From Acutalibacteraceae bacterium (GTDB taxonomy: Bacteria > Bacillota > Clostridia > Oscillospirales > Acutalibacteraceae): a stretch of DNA of 64,000 nucleotides. The position numbers were made by a program, and so were the translations under genes. The notes beneath the pieces were generated by a model, which did not search any database, was not told where the DNA came from, and saw only the letters and a list, made by a program, of their open reading frames with translations. This document shows positions 35,138 through 43,814 of this stretch, one piece after another. The DNA lies in assembly GCA_045578845.1 (NCBI GenBank), contig JAZNLA010000061.1, positions 12,581 through 76,580 of the forward strand, given 5' to 3'. The first letter of the stretch is position 1. Every line of letters starts with the position of its first letter.

Positions 35138-36103
35138 CTATTTACCGAGTTTGCCGTAAAGTTTTGTGCCGTCAACCTGTTTTGGTTTTTCGGACTCAAT
35201 ACTGTCAGGTGCGGGCGAATCGGTTGTTCTGGCGGCTTTACCGCTGAAACCCTGTCTTGCTCTGCCTTGACGGTTATCTCTGCCGCCTCTACCGGACATA
35301 GGACGGGGTGACTTGCCGTCGGGACAAATAACAACGCGTCTTGAGGCACCGTCGCCAACAGATGTAGAGTAAACACCCTCTATACTTTGAACGGCAGTGT
35401 GGATAATTCTACGCTCGTACGGATTCATAGGCTCAAGTGAACGGGTATGGCCGGTGCGAAGTACCTGACCGGCAGTTCTTTTGGCAAGCGACTCTAAGGT
35501 CGATTCTCTTCTTTCGCGGTAGTTGCCGATGTCGATAACAATGCGGTAGTAACCGCCGCCGTTTTCGTTGGCAACAAGCGAGGCCAAATACTGTAAAGCG
35601 TCTAAGGTTTCGCCGCGGCGACCTATAATAACGCCCAATTTATCATTGCCCAAAAGGGTGATTTTCGAGCCGCCTTCTATTTCCGAAATAGTTGCACCGT
35701 TTACGTCACAGTCTAACTTTGCCAAAATGCCCGAAATGTATTTAAAGGCCTTGCCTGCAGGGGAGTTTTCGTCAACGCTTTCGGCGGGAACACCGACTGC
35801 TGCGGGCTCTTTTGCTTGGTCTTTAACGGTTTCTTTAACTGCAGGGGAAGGGGTTTTTGCAGGTGCGGTTTTTTTGCCATGTTTTGCGTTGCGGTCTTTA
35901 CGGGGCTTAACCTCATCGGGACCTTCAACATAAGCACGTACTTTGGCTTCACTGCCGCCGAAAAGTCCCAAAACTTTTTTCTTTGCTTCGGCAAGAATTT
36001 CAAAGTTTACGTCTTCTTCAATATTTGCACCTAATTTATTTATTGCGTCTTCCTGTGCCTCTGTAACGGTGGCACCGACGCCGATTGCTTCTTTAATAAT
36101 CAA
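35138..36103 (-). CDS. khpB: Jag/KhpB RNA-binding protein (Jag_N, KH, R3H) with RG-rich C-terminal tail
   Basis: 321 aa. KH GVIIGRRGETLDALQYL, R3H ...LEPMNPYERRIIH. Follows yidC. Confidence 0.9.
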   Translation of the reverse strand: MIIKEAIGVGATVTEAQEDAINKLGANIEEDVNFEILAEAKKKVLGLFGGSEAKVRAYVEGPDEVKPRKDRNAKHGKKTAPAKTPSPAVKETVKDQAKEPAAVGVPAESVDENSPAGKAFKYISGILAKLDCDVNGATISEIEGGSKITLLGNDKLGVIIGRRGETLDALQYLASLVANENGGGYYRIVIDIGNYRERRESTLESLAKRTAGQVLRTGHTRSLEPMNPYERRIIHTAVQSIEGVYSTSVGDGASRRVVICPDGKSPRPMSGRGGRDNRQGRARQGFSGKAARTTDSPAPDSIESEKPKQVDGTKLYGKLGK

Positions 36104-36123
36104 CGTATTTTTCTCCTTAACGG

Positions 36124-37293
36124 TTATTTCTCTTCTGTGTCAGGTTGCGGTGTGGTGCAGGCAGCAATTCTTGCTTTTTCTTGCTTGTCGCGGTCGATTA
36201 CCGTTTTAGCCTGCTCTTTGGCTATGATTACATTCGGTCCGTATACAATCTGCGAAAGTATCTGAAGTCCTCCCGAAATTACATTGGAACACGCCCAATA
36301 GAAACCGACAGCACCGGGAACGGTGAACGCAATGTAAAGCGAAAACAGCGGCATCATGAGCATCATTACAGCCATATTGGGTGCATCGGGATTGATTTTC
36401 TTTTGCATAATCATAGAGGCAATACTTGAAAGCATTGCAGTTGCAAAGGATAAAATAGGTATCAGCCAAATCGCCTCGAATTTGGTTAAATTCCAAGAGA
36501 AGCGGGGCGTTTCGGTTAAATCAAGACCGAAAAGACCGAAGTTGGTTTTTCGGACATCTTCTAAATCTCCGCCGCTTTTTTGGAACTGATAAGCGATAAC
36601 GGGGTATTTAGACTGTCCGTTCTCGTCGGCTGATAAGAACTCTACCAATTCAACCTCTCTGACCACTTTTGATTTGTCAGTGGCTTTGCGGATGATTTCT
36701 TCGACTGAGCCTTTTTGAACATTATCCTTTTTCATTGCGTTAGCATTTTCGACAATGATAAGTTTAGCAAAATATTCGTTGGCGTCTACACCGTATTCTT
36801 TGGAAAGTTCAATAACAGTATCAGATGTCATAACACTCTGGAGTCCTGCGGCATTCCAATCAATGGTGCTGTCGTTGCTTTCGGCAACCCTTGTGTAAGA
36901 AACCCAGTTTTTAGCGGAATTGATAGCGTCAGTATCAACCATTTGAACGAATTTAAGCGGACTTACAACCGCCCAATAAACGCCCATAAGCACTACCATT
37001 CTTATTATCATCGGCAGACAACCGCCCGACATTGAAACCTTCTCTTTTGCGTAGAGTTCGTTCATAGCCTGACTGTATTTCTGCTTGTCATTACCGTATT
37101 TTTTCTTTAAAGCGTCAAGTTTCGGCTTTAATTTTGCCTGCTTTGCGGTAGATTTTTGGGATTTTAAGGTAAGCGGTAACATGCAAAGGTTTACAAGTAA
37201 AGTAAACGCAACAACCGAAGCGGCAAAGTTGTTGCCGAGTAGGTCGCTGAGCCTGCCCAAAATCCATCCCATAGCGTAACTGATATAATCCAT
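36124..37293 (-). CDS. yidC: Membrane protein insertase YidC (with ~150-aa insertion)
   Basis: 389 aa. Conserved KQAKLKPKLDALKKKYGND...ELYAKEKVSMSGGCLPMI and C-terminal TM bundle. A large extra segment lies between TM2 and the FGL..DLTE motif. Confidence 0.9.
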   Translation of the reverse strand: MDYISYAMGWILGRLSDLLGNNFAASVVAFTLLVNLCMLPLTLKSQKSTAKQAKLKPKLDALKKKYGNDKQKYSQAMNELYAKEKVSMSGGCLPMIIRMVVLMGVYWAVVSPLKFVQMVDTDAINSAKNWVSYTRVAESNDSTIDWNAAGLQSVMTSDTVIELSKEYGVDANEYFAKLIIVENANAMKKDNVQKGSVEEIIRKATDKSKVVREVELVEFLSADENGQSKYPVIAYQFQKSGGDLEDVRKTNFGLFGLDLTETPRFSWNLTKFEAIWLIPILSFATAMLSSIASMIMQKKINPDAPNMAVMMLMMPLFSLYIAFTVPGAVGFYWACSNVISGGLQILSQIVYGPNVIIAKEQAKTVIDRDKQEKARIAACTTPQPDTEEK

Positions 37294-37302
37294 AGCAAAT
37301 CC

Positions 37303-37593
37303 TTACTTCCGACCGTTAGCCTTGTCGGATAAAAATAATGTGTCCTTTGTGGCGACGGCGTGTTTTTTACGGCGTTCGCCCTTTGACGGTACGGGGTCGT
37401 AACCGCCCTTGCAAAACGGATTGCACCGCAAAATTCGCCAAACAGTAAGAAATAAACCGACTATGGCACCTCTTTCGGCGAAGGCTTCAACCGAATATTC
37501 AGAGCAGGTCGGTGTGAACCGACAGCACGGTGCTTTTAAAGGCGACAAAAATTTGCGGTAAAACTTTACAAGTGCAATAAATATGTGTTTCAT
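37303..37593 (-). CDS. yidD: Membrane protein insertion efficiency factor YidD
   Basis: 96 aa. YRKFLSP...[10 protein letters not shown] signature. Confidence 0.92.
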   Translation of the reverse strand: MKHIFIALVKFYRKFLSPLKAPCCRFTPTCSEYSVEAFAERGAIVGLFLTVWRILRCNPFCKGGYDPVPSKGERRKKHAVATKDTLFLSDKANGRK

Positions 37594-37937
37594 TGTGTGT
37601 TTTCGGGGATTAACCCTAATTTTTCAAGGTGTTCTTTCATAACGCGGGCAATTTCGGTGCTTTTTGTATACGGGGTTTTGCCGCGGGCGACAAAAACAAT
37701 ATCGGCACCGCCGCAGTCTAAATACGGGAAACATTCCCTTGCCGCTGCCGCAATTACCCGTCTTGCCCGATTTCTCATGACGGCACAACCGACTTTTTTG
37801 CCGGAAGTAATACCGTAGCGAATAACACCCAGACGGTTGTTTTGTACATAAGTAACAAGCACAGGGCTAATCATACTACGCCCTCTGCCGTAAAGACGGC
37901 GGAAATCCTTATTAAGATTTAATTTTTCGGATTTCAA
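37590..37937 (-). CDS. rnpA: Ribonuclease P protein component
   Basis: 115 aa. Basic protein with the RNR motif region (AVMRNRARR). rpmH-rnpA-yidD-yidC synteny. Confidence 0.92.
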   Translation of the reverse strand: MKSEKLNLNKDFRRLYGRGRSMISPVLVTYVQNNRLGVIRYGITSGKKVGCAVMRNRARRVIAAAARECFPYLDCGGADIVFVARGKTPYTKSTEIARVMKEHLEKLGLIPENTQ

Positions 37938-38004
37938 TTAAGCAGTCCTCTCTTTAAAACGTCCTATATATTATAATGTATAGGGCAAAATTAACTCACC
38001 ATTC

Positions 38005-38031
38005 GAAAAAAGGTCACATAAGGTGACCTTT
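38005..38031 (-). terminator. Hairpin plus T-run just after rpmH
   Basis: Minus strand reads aggtcac, cttat, gtgacct, TTTTTT. Possibly a partial terminator, since rnpA follows. Confidence 0.6.
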
Positions 38032-38033
38032 TC

Positions 38034-38168
38034 TCAGTAGGTAAGACTTTGTCTGCCTTTTGCTCTGCGGCGGGCAAGTACCTTGCGGCCGTTAGCGGTA
38101 GACATTCTCTTACGGAAACCGTGTTCCTTCATACGATGAAGTTTTTTAGGCTGATAAGTTCTTTTCAT
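38034..38168 (-). CDS. rpmH: 50S ribosomal protein L34
   Basis: Below the ORF-track size cutoff. My translation is [53 protein letters not shown] upstream. Confidence 0.95.
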   Translation of the reverse strand: MKRTYQPKKLHRMKEHGFRKRMSTANGRKVLARRRAKGRQSLTY

Positions 38169-38279
38169 GGTTACAAACCTCCTTTATTTTCGGTTGCGGT
38201 TATGTCGCGGGGGTTTAGACGGCGTAATATATAACACCCTTAAACGAGTATAGTTACAGACATAACCTATCAATTTAGG

Positions 38280-38309
38280 ATTATACCTCAAATAACCGTA
38301 TTCTGTCAA
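38280..38309 (-). promoter_or_regulatory. Consensus sigma-A promoter for rpmH
   Basis: Minus strand reads TTGACA, 18 nt, TATAAT. About 105-nt leader. Confidence 0.65.
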
Positions 38310-38435
38310 TAAATTTTTGATTTGTTAACATAAATTTTTTACCCTTGGTCCGCAAAACACATTATGTAGTGGGGAAAAATTTCACAAGCACAACGAAAAT
38401 GAGCAAGGGCGGTACGGCTTGCCCGCAAATATCTC

Positions 38436-38535
38436 TTAGGGTTGTCATTCCGAGCGAAGCCGAGAAATCTCTACTGTCTACAAATCGGGGACGGTGTTTA
38501 CAACGTTTTGCGAAATCCCCCTGTCTTGCCGAACG
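38436..38535. repeat. Degenerate copy D of the palindromic repeat family
   Basis: gtcattccgagcgaagccgagaaatc arm (opposite orientation to the ...gctcggaatgac arms of copies A-C), followed by cgttttgcgaaatccccctgtcttgccgaacgg, which resembles the cgttttgcaatctgacctgtcaccctgagcg part of copies A/B. Confidence 0.6.
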
Positions 38536-38597
38536 GTAATCCGCTTATTTGCACAAAAATAAAACTTTTTGCGATGGCAAAAAGCAGTAAGTTGTAA

Positions 38598-38626
38598 TTG
38601 ACTTTGGGTGTGATATAGGGTACAAT
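38598..38626 (+). promoter_or_regulatory. Sigma-A-type promoter for the pyrH operon
   Basis: TTGACT, 17 nt, TACAAT, 35 nt upstream of the pyrH ATG. Confidence 0.6.
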
Positions 38627-38661
38627 GTAAATGAATATAAATTTAACGGAGTTGTGAAATT

Positions 38662-39366
38662 ATGGAACCTGCATTTAAACGAATTTTACTCAAACTCAGC
38701 GGCGAGGTGCTTGCCGGCGAAAAGAAAACGGGCATTGATTTTGGGATGGTTGAAACGGTTTCGGAACGTATTAAAACAATCGTTGAAATGGGTGTTGAGG
38801 TCGGTATTGTTATCGGCGGCGGCAACTTTTGGCGTGGTAGGTCGAGCGGCAGTATGGACCGCACAAGGGCCGACAGTATGGGTATGCTTGCCACCGTTAT
38901 AAACTGCCTTGCACTTTGTGACACTTTAGAGCAAATGGGTGTAAAATCCACTGTTATGACGGCGGTTGATATGAACAAAATCGCCGAGCCGTTTACCGCA
39001 AGAGGTGCTAAAGAACGTTTGGAAAAGGGCGAGGTTGTAATCTTCGGTGCGGGTACGGGAAATCCGTTCTTCTCAACCGATACGGGTGCCGCACTGCGTG
39101 CTGCAGAGATAAATGCAGATGTTATCTTTAAGGCAACCAACGTTGACGGTGTTTACGACTCTGACCCCAATAAAAACCCCGATGCCAAAAAGTTCGACAC
39201 CTTAACACATTCCGATGTTTTAGCAAAGGATTTACACGTAATGGATGCCGCGGCGGCTTCGCTTTGCAGGGACAACGACATTAACATACTTGTATTTAAC
39301 CTTAACGACCCCGACAATATTGTACGTGCGGTCAAGGGTGAAAAAATAGGCACATTGGTAAAGTAA
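38662..39366 (+). CDS. pyrH: UMP kinase
   Basis: 234 aa. [10 protein letters not shown]...GGGN(F)WRG motifs. Confidence 0.96.
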   Translation: MEPAFKRILLKLSGEVLAGEKKTGIDFGMVETVSERIKTIVEMGVEVGIVIGGGNFWRGRSSGSMDRTRADSMGMLATVINCLALCDTLEQMGVKSTVMTAVDMNKIAEPFTARGAKERLEKGEVVIFGAGTGNPFFSTDTGAALRAAEINADVIFKATNVDGVYDSDPNKNPDAKKFDTLTHSDVLAKDLHVMDAAAASLCRDNDINILVFNLNDPDNIVRAVKGEKIGTLVK

Positions 39367-39386
39367 TAGAAATAAGGAGATATATT

Positions 39387-39941
39387 ATGAAAACGGTTAT
39401 AAGCAATACAGAAAGTAAAATGGAAAAGAGCCTTGACTCGGTAGCAAGAGATTTTGCGGGAGTCAGAGCAGGCAGAGCCAATCCTTCGGTACTTGACAAG
39501 GTAGCGGTCGATTATTACGGCTGTCCCACACCTATAAATCAGTTGGCGTCGGTTTCGGTTGCCGAGGCGAGAGTTTTGCAAATTCAACCCTATGATGCTT
39601 CGGTTTTAAAGGCCATTGAAAAGGCAATTTTAGTGTCGGACATCGGTATCAATCCTCAAAATGACGGCAGAATTATCCGTCTTACATTCCCGCCGCTTAC
39701 CGAGGAAAGACGTAAAGATTTGGCAAAAGAAATCAAAAAACTTGCCGAAGAAGGAAAGGTTGCTGTTCGTTCGATAAGACGTGACGCCATTGAAAAATTA
39801 AAGGCATTAAAGAAAAACAACGAAATCACCGAAGACGACCAAGCAAACGGTGAAAAGAAAATCCAAACCCTTACAGACAAATACTGCAAGGAAATTGACG
39901 ACCTTACCGCAGTAAAAGAAAAGGAAATCATGGAGATTTAA
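39387..39941 (+). CDS. frr: Ribosome recycling factor
   Basis: 184 aa. Typical RRF sequence (RAGRANPSVLD..V.YYG). Confidence 0.96.
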   Translation: MKTVISNTESKMEKSLDSVARDFAGVRAGRANPSVLDKVAVDYYGCPTPINQLASVSVAEARVLQIQPYDASVLKAIEKAILVSDIGINPQNDGRIIRLTFPPLTEERRKDLAKEIKKLAEEGKVAVRSIRRDAIEKLKALKKNNEITEDDQANGEKKIQTLTDKYCKEIDDLTAVKEKEIMEI

Positions 39942-39963
39942 GTTAAAGAGAGGTGTTACTTTA

Positions 39964-40719
39964 GTGTTTGGCAGAAAGAAACAAATTTTGCCCACAGTGT
40001 TGCCCAACCATATCGGCATTATCATGGACGGCAATGGCAGATGGGCTAAAAAAAGAATGTTGCCCCGTTCGGCAGGCCATGCTGCAGGGTCGGAGAACTT
40101 TAAAACCATTGCCCGCTACTGTAACAAAATCGGTATAAAATATCTTACCGTTTACGCATTTTCGACCGAAAACTGGAAACGTCCGAAAGACGAAGTTGAC
40201 GGTATTATGAACTTGCTTCGCAAGTATTTAAGGGACTCCGAAAACTTTAAAGCCGAAAACATTAAACTTCGGTTTATAGGCGAACTGTCGGTACTGCCCG
40301 AAGATATCAAGGAACTTATCAAAAAGGCGGAGTATGACTCTAAAGACGCTACCGGCCTTACGGTCAACATGGCGGTTAATTACGGCGGCAGAGATGAGAT
40401 TTTGCACGCGGTTAAGGATATTTGCCGCGAGGTGCAAAGCGGCAGTTTGGATATAAACGACATCACTGAGAAGTCGGTTACCGACCGCCTTTACATGAGT
40501 GACTGCCCCGAACCCGATTTTATAATCAGACCAAGCGGTGAGTATAGGCTTTCCAACTTTCTCGTTTGGCAGTCAGCTTATGCTGAGTTTTGGTATTCAG
40601 ATGTTTTATGGCCCGATTTTTCTACCAAAGATTTAGACCGAGCCATTGCTGATTTCAGTCTTCGCAACCGTCGTTTCGGCGGGGTGGAAGAAGAAAAGGA
40701 AGAAGATAAAAAATGCTGA
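39964..40719 (+). CDS. uppS: Isoprenyl transferase (undecaprenyl diphosphate synthase)
   Basis: 251 aa. HIGIIMDGNGRWA and SGEYRLSNFLVWQSAYAE motifs. GTG start. Confidence 0.95.
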   Translation: MFGRKKQILPTVLPNHIGIIMDGNGRWAKKRMLPRSAGHAAGSENFKTIARYCNKIGIKYLTVYAFSTENWKRPKDEVDGIMNLLRKYLRDSENFKAENIKLRFIGELSVLPEDIKELIKKAEYDSKDATGLTVNMAVNYGGRDEILHAVKDICREVQSGSLDINDITEKSVTDRLYMSDCPEPDFIIRPSGEYRLSNFLVWQSAYAEFWYSDVLWPDFSTKDLDRAIADFSLRNRRFGGVEEEKEEDKKC

Positions 40720-41534
40720 CCAGAATTATCAGTGCCATAGTCGGTGCGGCAATTTTTGCGGCGGCTATTGTTGCCTCAATTAAAATTGATTCAATGATTT
40801 TGTTTGTACTCATCACTTGGGTGGGTACTATTGGTGTTTTCGAGGCACTTGTAAACACAGGTTATGTAAAGTCGAGATTGGTTGCTTTTTGCTGCCTTAT
40901 TTATTCACTTATAGTGCCGTTTGCGTACAGTGAGTATATCCCCGTGCCCCATACGGTTTTTGTCGTGTTATTGGGATTTATACTGTTTGCGGCAGGTATG
41001 TGCAATCACGAAAAAATCACACCGTTTGACGTGAGTTACGCGTTCGCGGTTACGGTTGCGATTACCTTTTGTTTCTGGGCGTTCGCGGCTCTGTTCCAGT
41101 CGGGCAAATACGGACTTTTCTATATGCTTTTGGCGGTGCTTATGGCTTGGGGTTGCGACACAGGTGCATATTTTACAGGTGTATTTTTGGGCAAACACAA
41201 ACTTGCCCCCGAAATCAGTCCTAAAAAGACTATTGAAGGTGCAATAGGCGGTGTTATTTTTGCCATGATTTTGATGTTTGTTGCCTGTTTTGTCTTTAAC
41301 AAAGTTACGGGTGTTGCAACTAATGTGACATTGCTTATGATAGCGTCACCTATACTCGCTATTGCGGGTATGCTCGGCGACCTTATTGCATCATATGTTA
41401 AAAGAGCAAGCGGAATTAAAGACTACGGCAAAATTATGCCCGGTCACGGCGGTGTTTTAGACCGTTTTGACAGTATCATGACGGTTGTGCCGCTCATATA
41501 TTTAATGGTTACCTATCTTCCTGTTTTAAAATAA
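40713..41534 (+). CDS. cdsA: Phosphatidate cytidylyltransferase
   Basis: 273 aa multi-TM protein with the C-terminal signature S..KR..G.KD.G...PGHGG.LDR.DS. Confidence 0.93.
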   Translation: MLTRIISAIVGAAIFAAAIVASIKIDSMILFVLITWVGTIGVFEALVNTGYVKSRLVAFCCLIYSLIVPFAYSEYIPVPHTVFVVLLGFILFAAGMCNHEKITPFDVSYAFAVTVAITFCFWAFAALFQSGKYGLFYMLLAVLMAWGCDTGAYFTGVFLGKHKLAPEISPKKTIEGAIGGVIFAMILMFVACFVFNKVTGVATNVTLLMIASPILAIAGMLGDLIASYVKRASGIKDYGKIMPGHGGVLDRFDSIMTVVPLIYLMVTYLPVLK

Positions 41535-41543
41535 GGTGATAAT

Positions 41544-42689
41544 ATGTCAAAAAGTATAGCGGTGTTAGGCTCTACGGGGTCAATAGGTACACAGACCTTA
41601 GATGTTGCAAGACGTAATGGCTTTAGGGTTGAAACCCTTGCGGCTCACAGTAACATTAAATTATTAGAAGAACAGATTAGAGAATTTAAACCCAAAACGG
41701 TTGCCGTATTAAACGAGCAGGCGGGAAAAGAACTTAAAACCGCCGTAGCCGATACTAACACAAAGGTCATTTTCGGCAGTGAGTCGGTTACATCTGCTGC
41801 CGCTTCTACAGGTGCCGATACGGTGCTTAATGCGATAGTCGGTATTGCGGGATTGAAACCCACCTTGGCGGCAATAGAAAACGGCAAGGAAATAGCACTT
41901 GCCAACAAAGAAACCTTGGTTACGGGCGGCAGTTTGGTAAAAAGAAAACTAAAAGAAAAAAATGTTAAATTACTGCCGGTTGATAGTGAACATTCGGCTA
42001 TTTTTCAGTGTTTGCAAGGTGCCCCCGAGGGTGCCTTAAAACGCATAATTTTGACCGCTTCGGGTGGTCCTTTTTTCGGAAAAACACGCGAAGAACTAAA
42101 ACAAGTTACACCCGCAATGGCTCTTAAACACCCTAACTGGAATATGGGTGCTAAAATCACCATTGACTCGGCAACCTTAATGAATAAAGGTCTTGAAGTT
42201 ATTGAGGCGGTGCATCTTTTTGATGTTAACCCTGACAAAATAACCGTTGCGGTGCATAGGCAAAGTATAATCCATTCGGCTGTTGAGTTTAACGACGGTG
42301 CCGTTATAGCACAACTCGGTGCTCCGGATATGCGTTTGCCCATTCAGTATGCCATAACCTACCCCGAAAGGGTAGAGTGCCCGGGTGACGATTTGGACAT
42401 TTTTTCAATGGGTAACCTTACCTTCCAAAAACCCGATTTAGATACCTTTTCCTGCCTTTCTACCTGCATAAAGGCGATAGGCGAGGGCGGACTTAAACCC
42501 GCGGCGGCTAACGGTGCCAACGAAGAGGCGGTACGGCTTTTTTTAGATGGGAAAATCGGTTTTCTCGATATCGCCGAAATCGTAGCCTTGGCAGCAGACA
42601 GTGAAAAACGCACAGGCGTCTATACTTTGGAAGAAATTTTTGACGCCGATAAAGCGGCAAGAGAAAAAGCACTTGCATTTGTGAAGTGA
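41544..42689 (+). CDS. dxr: 1-deoxy-D-xylulose 5-phosphate reductoisomerase
   Basis: 381 aa. GSTGSIGTQTLDV N-terminus and LANKE...DSEHSAIFQC motifs. Confidence 0.96.
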   Translation: MSKSIAVLGSTGSIGTQTLDVARRNGFRVETLAAHSNIKLLEEQIREFKPKTVAVLNEQAGKELKTAVADTNTKVIFGSESVTSAAASTGADTVLNAIVGIAGLKPTLAAIENGKEIALANKETLVTGGSLVKRKLKEKNVKLLPVDSEHSAIFQCLQGAPEGALKRIILTASGGPFFGKTREELKQVTPAMALKHPNWNMGAKITIDSATLMNKGLEVIEAVHLFDVNPDKITVAVHRQSIIHSAVEFNDGAVIAQLGAPDMRLPIQYAITYPERVECPGDDLDIFSMGNLTFQKPDLDTFSCLSTCIKAIGEGGLKPAAANGANEEAVRLFLDGKIGFLDIAEIVALAADSEKRTGVYTLEEIFDADKAAREKALAFVK

Positions 42690-42741
42690 AATCGGCATAA
42701 ACTAATAGGAAAATATAGCATTTAAAAGGCGGTAATCTAAT

Positions 42742-43800
42742 TTGATTTTAGGCAGTGTTTTTGGCACTATTGCAGATGTATGGGGTACGGTTTGGCCTTA
42801 TTTGGCGGCAGTTTTATTGTTTTTGTTCATGATTGTAATTCACGAACTCGGACATTTTGTTGCGGCAAAACTGCTGGGTGTCAGGGTGAATGAATTTGCG
42901 GTCGGTTTCGGACCTGCGATATTCAAAAAACAGGGCAAAGAAACCCTTTATTCACTGCGTGCCGTACCATTTGGCGGATTTTGTGCCATGGAAGGCGAAG
43001 ACGAGGGTAGCAGTGACCCTAAAGCATTTTGCAATAAATCGGCTTGGCGAAGGCTTATAATTATTGTTGCGGGTGCATTTTGCAACCTTGTTTTCGGTCT
43101 TGTGATTGTTATGTTCATTTTAGCCCCTGCCGACCGATTTATTACCACTACCGTTGACGGTTTCCACGAAAATTCAGTCAGTGCCGAAACCTTAGCGGTC
43201 GGTGATGAGATTTTAAAAATCAACGGCAGACGTATTTTTTCGGTCAACGATTTAAGTTACTGTCTTAGCAATGTCGAGGGCGACACCCTTAATATGCGGG
43301 TCAAAAGAAACGGTGAAAAACACGACCTTAACGTGAAATTTAACACCGAAACGGTTGAAGATATAAATTATGTCAAGGTCGATTTCTACCTTGAAACCGA
43401 AAATAAAACATTTTTTACATTCATAGGTCAGGCGTTCACCCGCACCTTTTCATATGCGAGGGTGGTTTGGTTTTCGCTTATTGACCTTATTACGGGCAAG
43501 TTTGGCATAAGCCAAATGTCCGGCCCTGTCGGAATAACTGCGGTAGTAGGCCAAGCGGCAAAAACGGGACTTAGCGACCTGCTTCCCATAATTGCACTCA
43601 TAACGGTCAATTTAGGTGTCTTTAACCTGCTACCCGTTCCCGCACTTGACGGCGGCAGAGCCTTTTTCATACTTGTAGAAATGATAATACGCCGCAAAAT
43701 TCCCGCCAAGTTCGAGGCGGTTGTTCACGGCGTAGGCCTTGTGTTGCTTTTGGGACTCATAGCCGTAATTACAATAAAGGATATTGTCGGTTTCTTTTAA
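42742..43800 (+). CDS. rseP: Site-2 (M50) RIP metalloprotease RseP
   Basis: 352 aa. HELGH zinc motif, one PDZ, C-terminal NLLPVPALDGG. TTG start. Confidence 0.92.
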   Translation: MILGSVFGTIADVWGTVWPYLAAVLLFLFMIVIHELGHFVAAKLLGVRVNEFAVGFGPAIFKKQGKETLYSLRAVPFGGFCAMEGEDEGSSDPKAFCNKSAWRRLIIIVAGAFCNLVFGLVIVMFILAPADRFITTTVDGFHENSVSAETLAVGDEILKINGRRIFSVNDLSYCLSNVEGDTLNMRVKRNGEKHDLNVKFNTETVEDINYVKVDFYLETENKTFFTFIGQAFTRTFSYARVVWFSLIDLITGKFGISQMSGPVGITAVVGQAAKTGLSDLLPIIALITVNLGVFNLLPVPALDGGRAFFILVEMIIRRKIPAKFEAVVHGVGLVLLLGLIAVITIKDIVGFF

Positions 43801-43814
43801 AAGGGGGATTTTAA

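Noticed and set aside
38345-38539. 64-aa ORF in the rpmH/pyrH intergenic region
   Set aside because: It reads through repeat copy D (VVIPSEAEKS). It has no RBS and sits between two divergent promoters.
38169-38661. Alternative oriC upstream of rpmH, which would explain the strand bias
   Set aside because: I found no sequence within two mismatches of TTATCCACA/TGTGGATAA by eye. Five boxes, a trio-like array and parS sites cluster around dnaA. The idea is kept only as something GC skew could revive.
38643-39140. Long antisense ORFs opposite real genes. Examples are 38643-39140 versus pyrH, 59350-59904 versus folD, 28521-29084 and 28291-28785 versus the pseudokinase, 34392-34895 versus prfA, 32311-32799 versus coaE, 33114-33590 versus tsaC, and 9806-10291 versus parB.
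   Set aside because: Each is fully embedded antisense in a gene with clear family motifs. Their products are low-complexity Ser/Pro/Ala-rich sequences without motifs or RBS. These are typical shadow ORFs.
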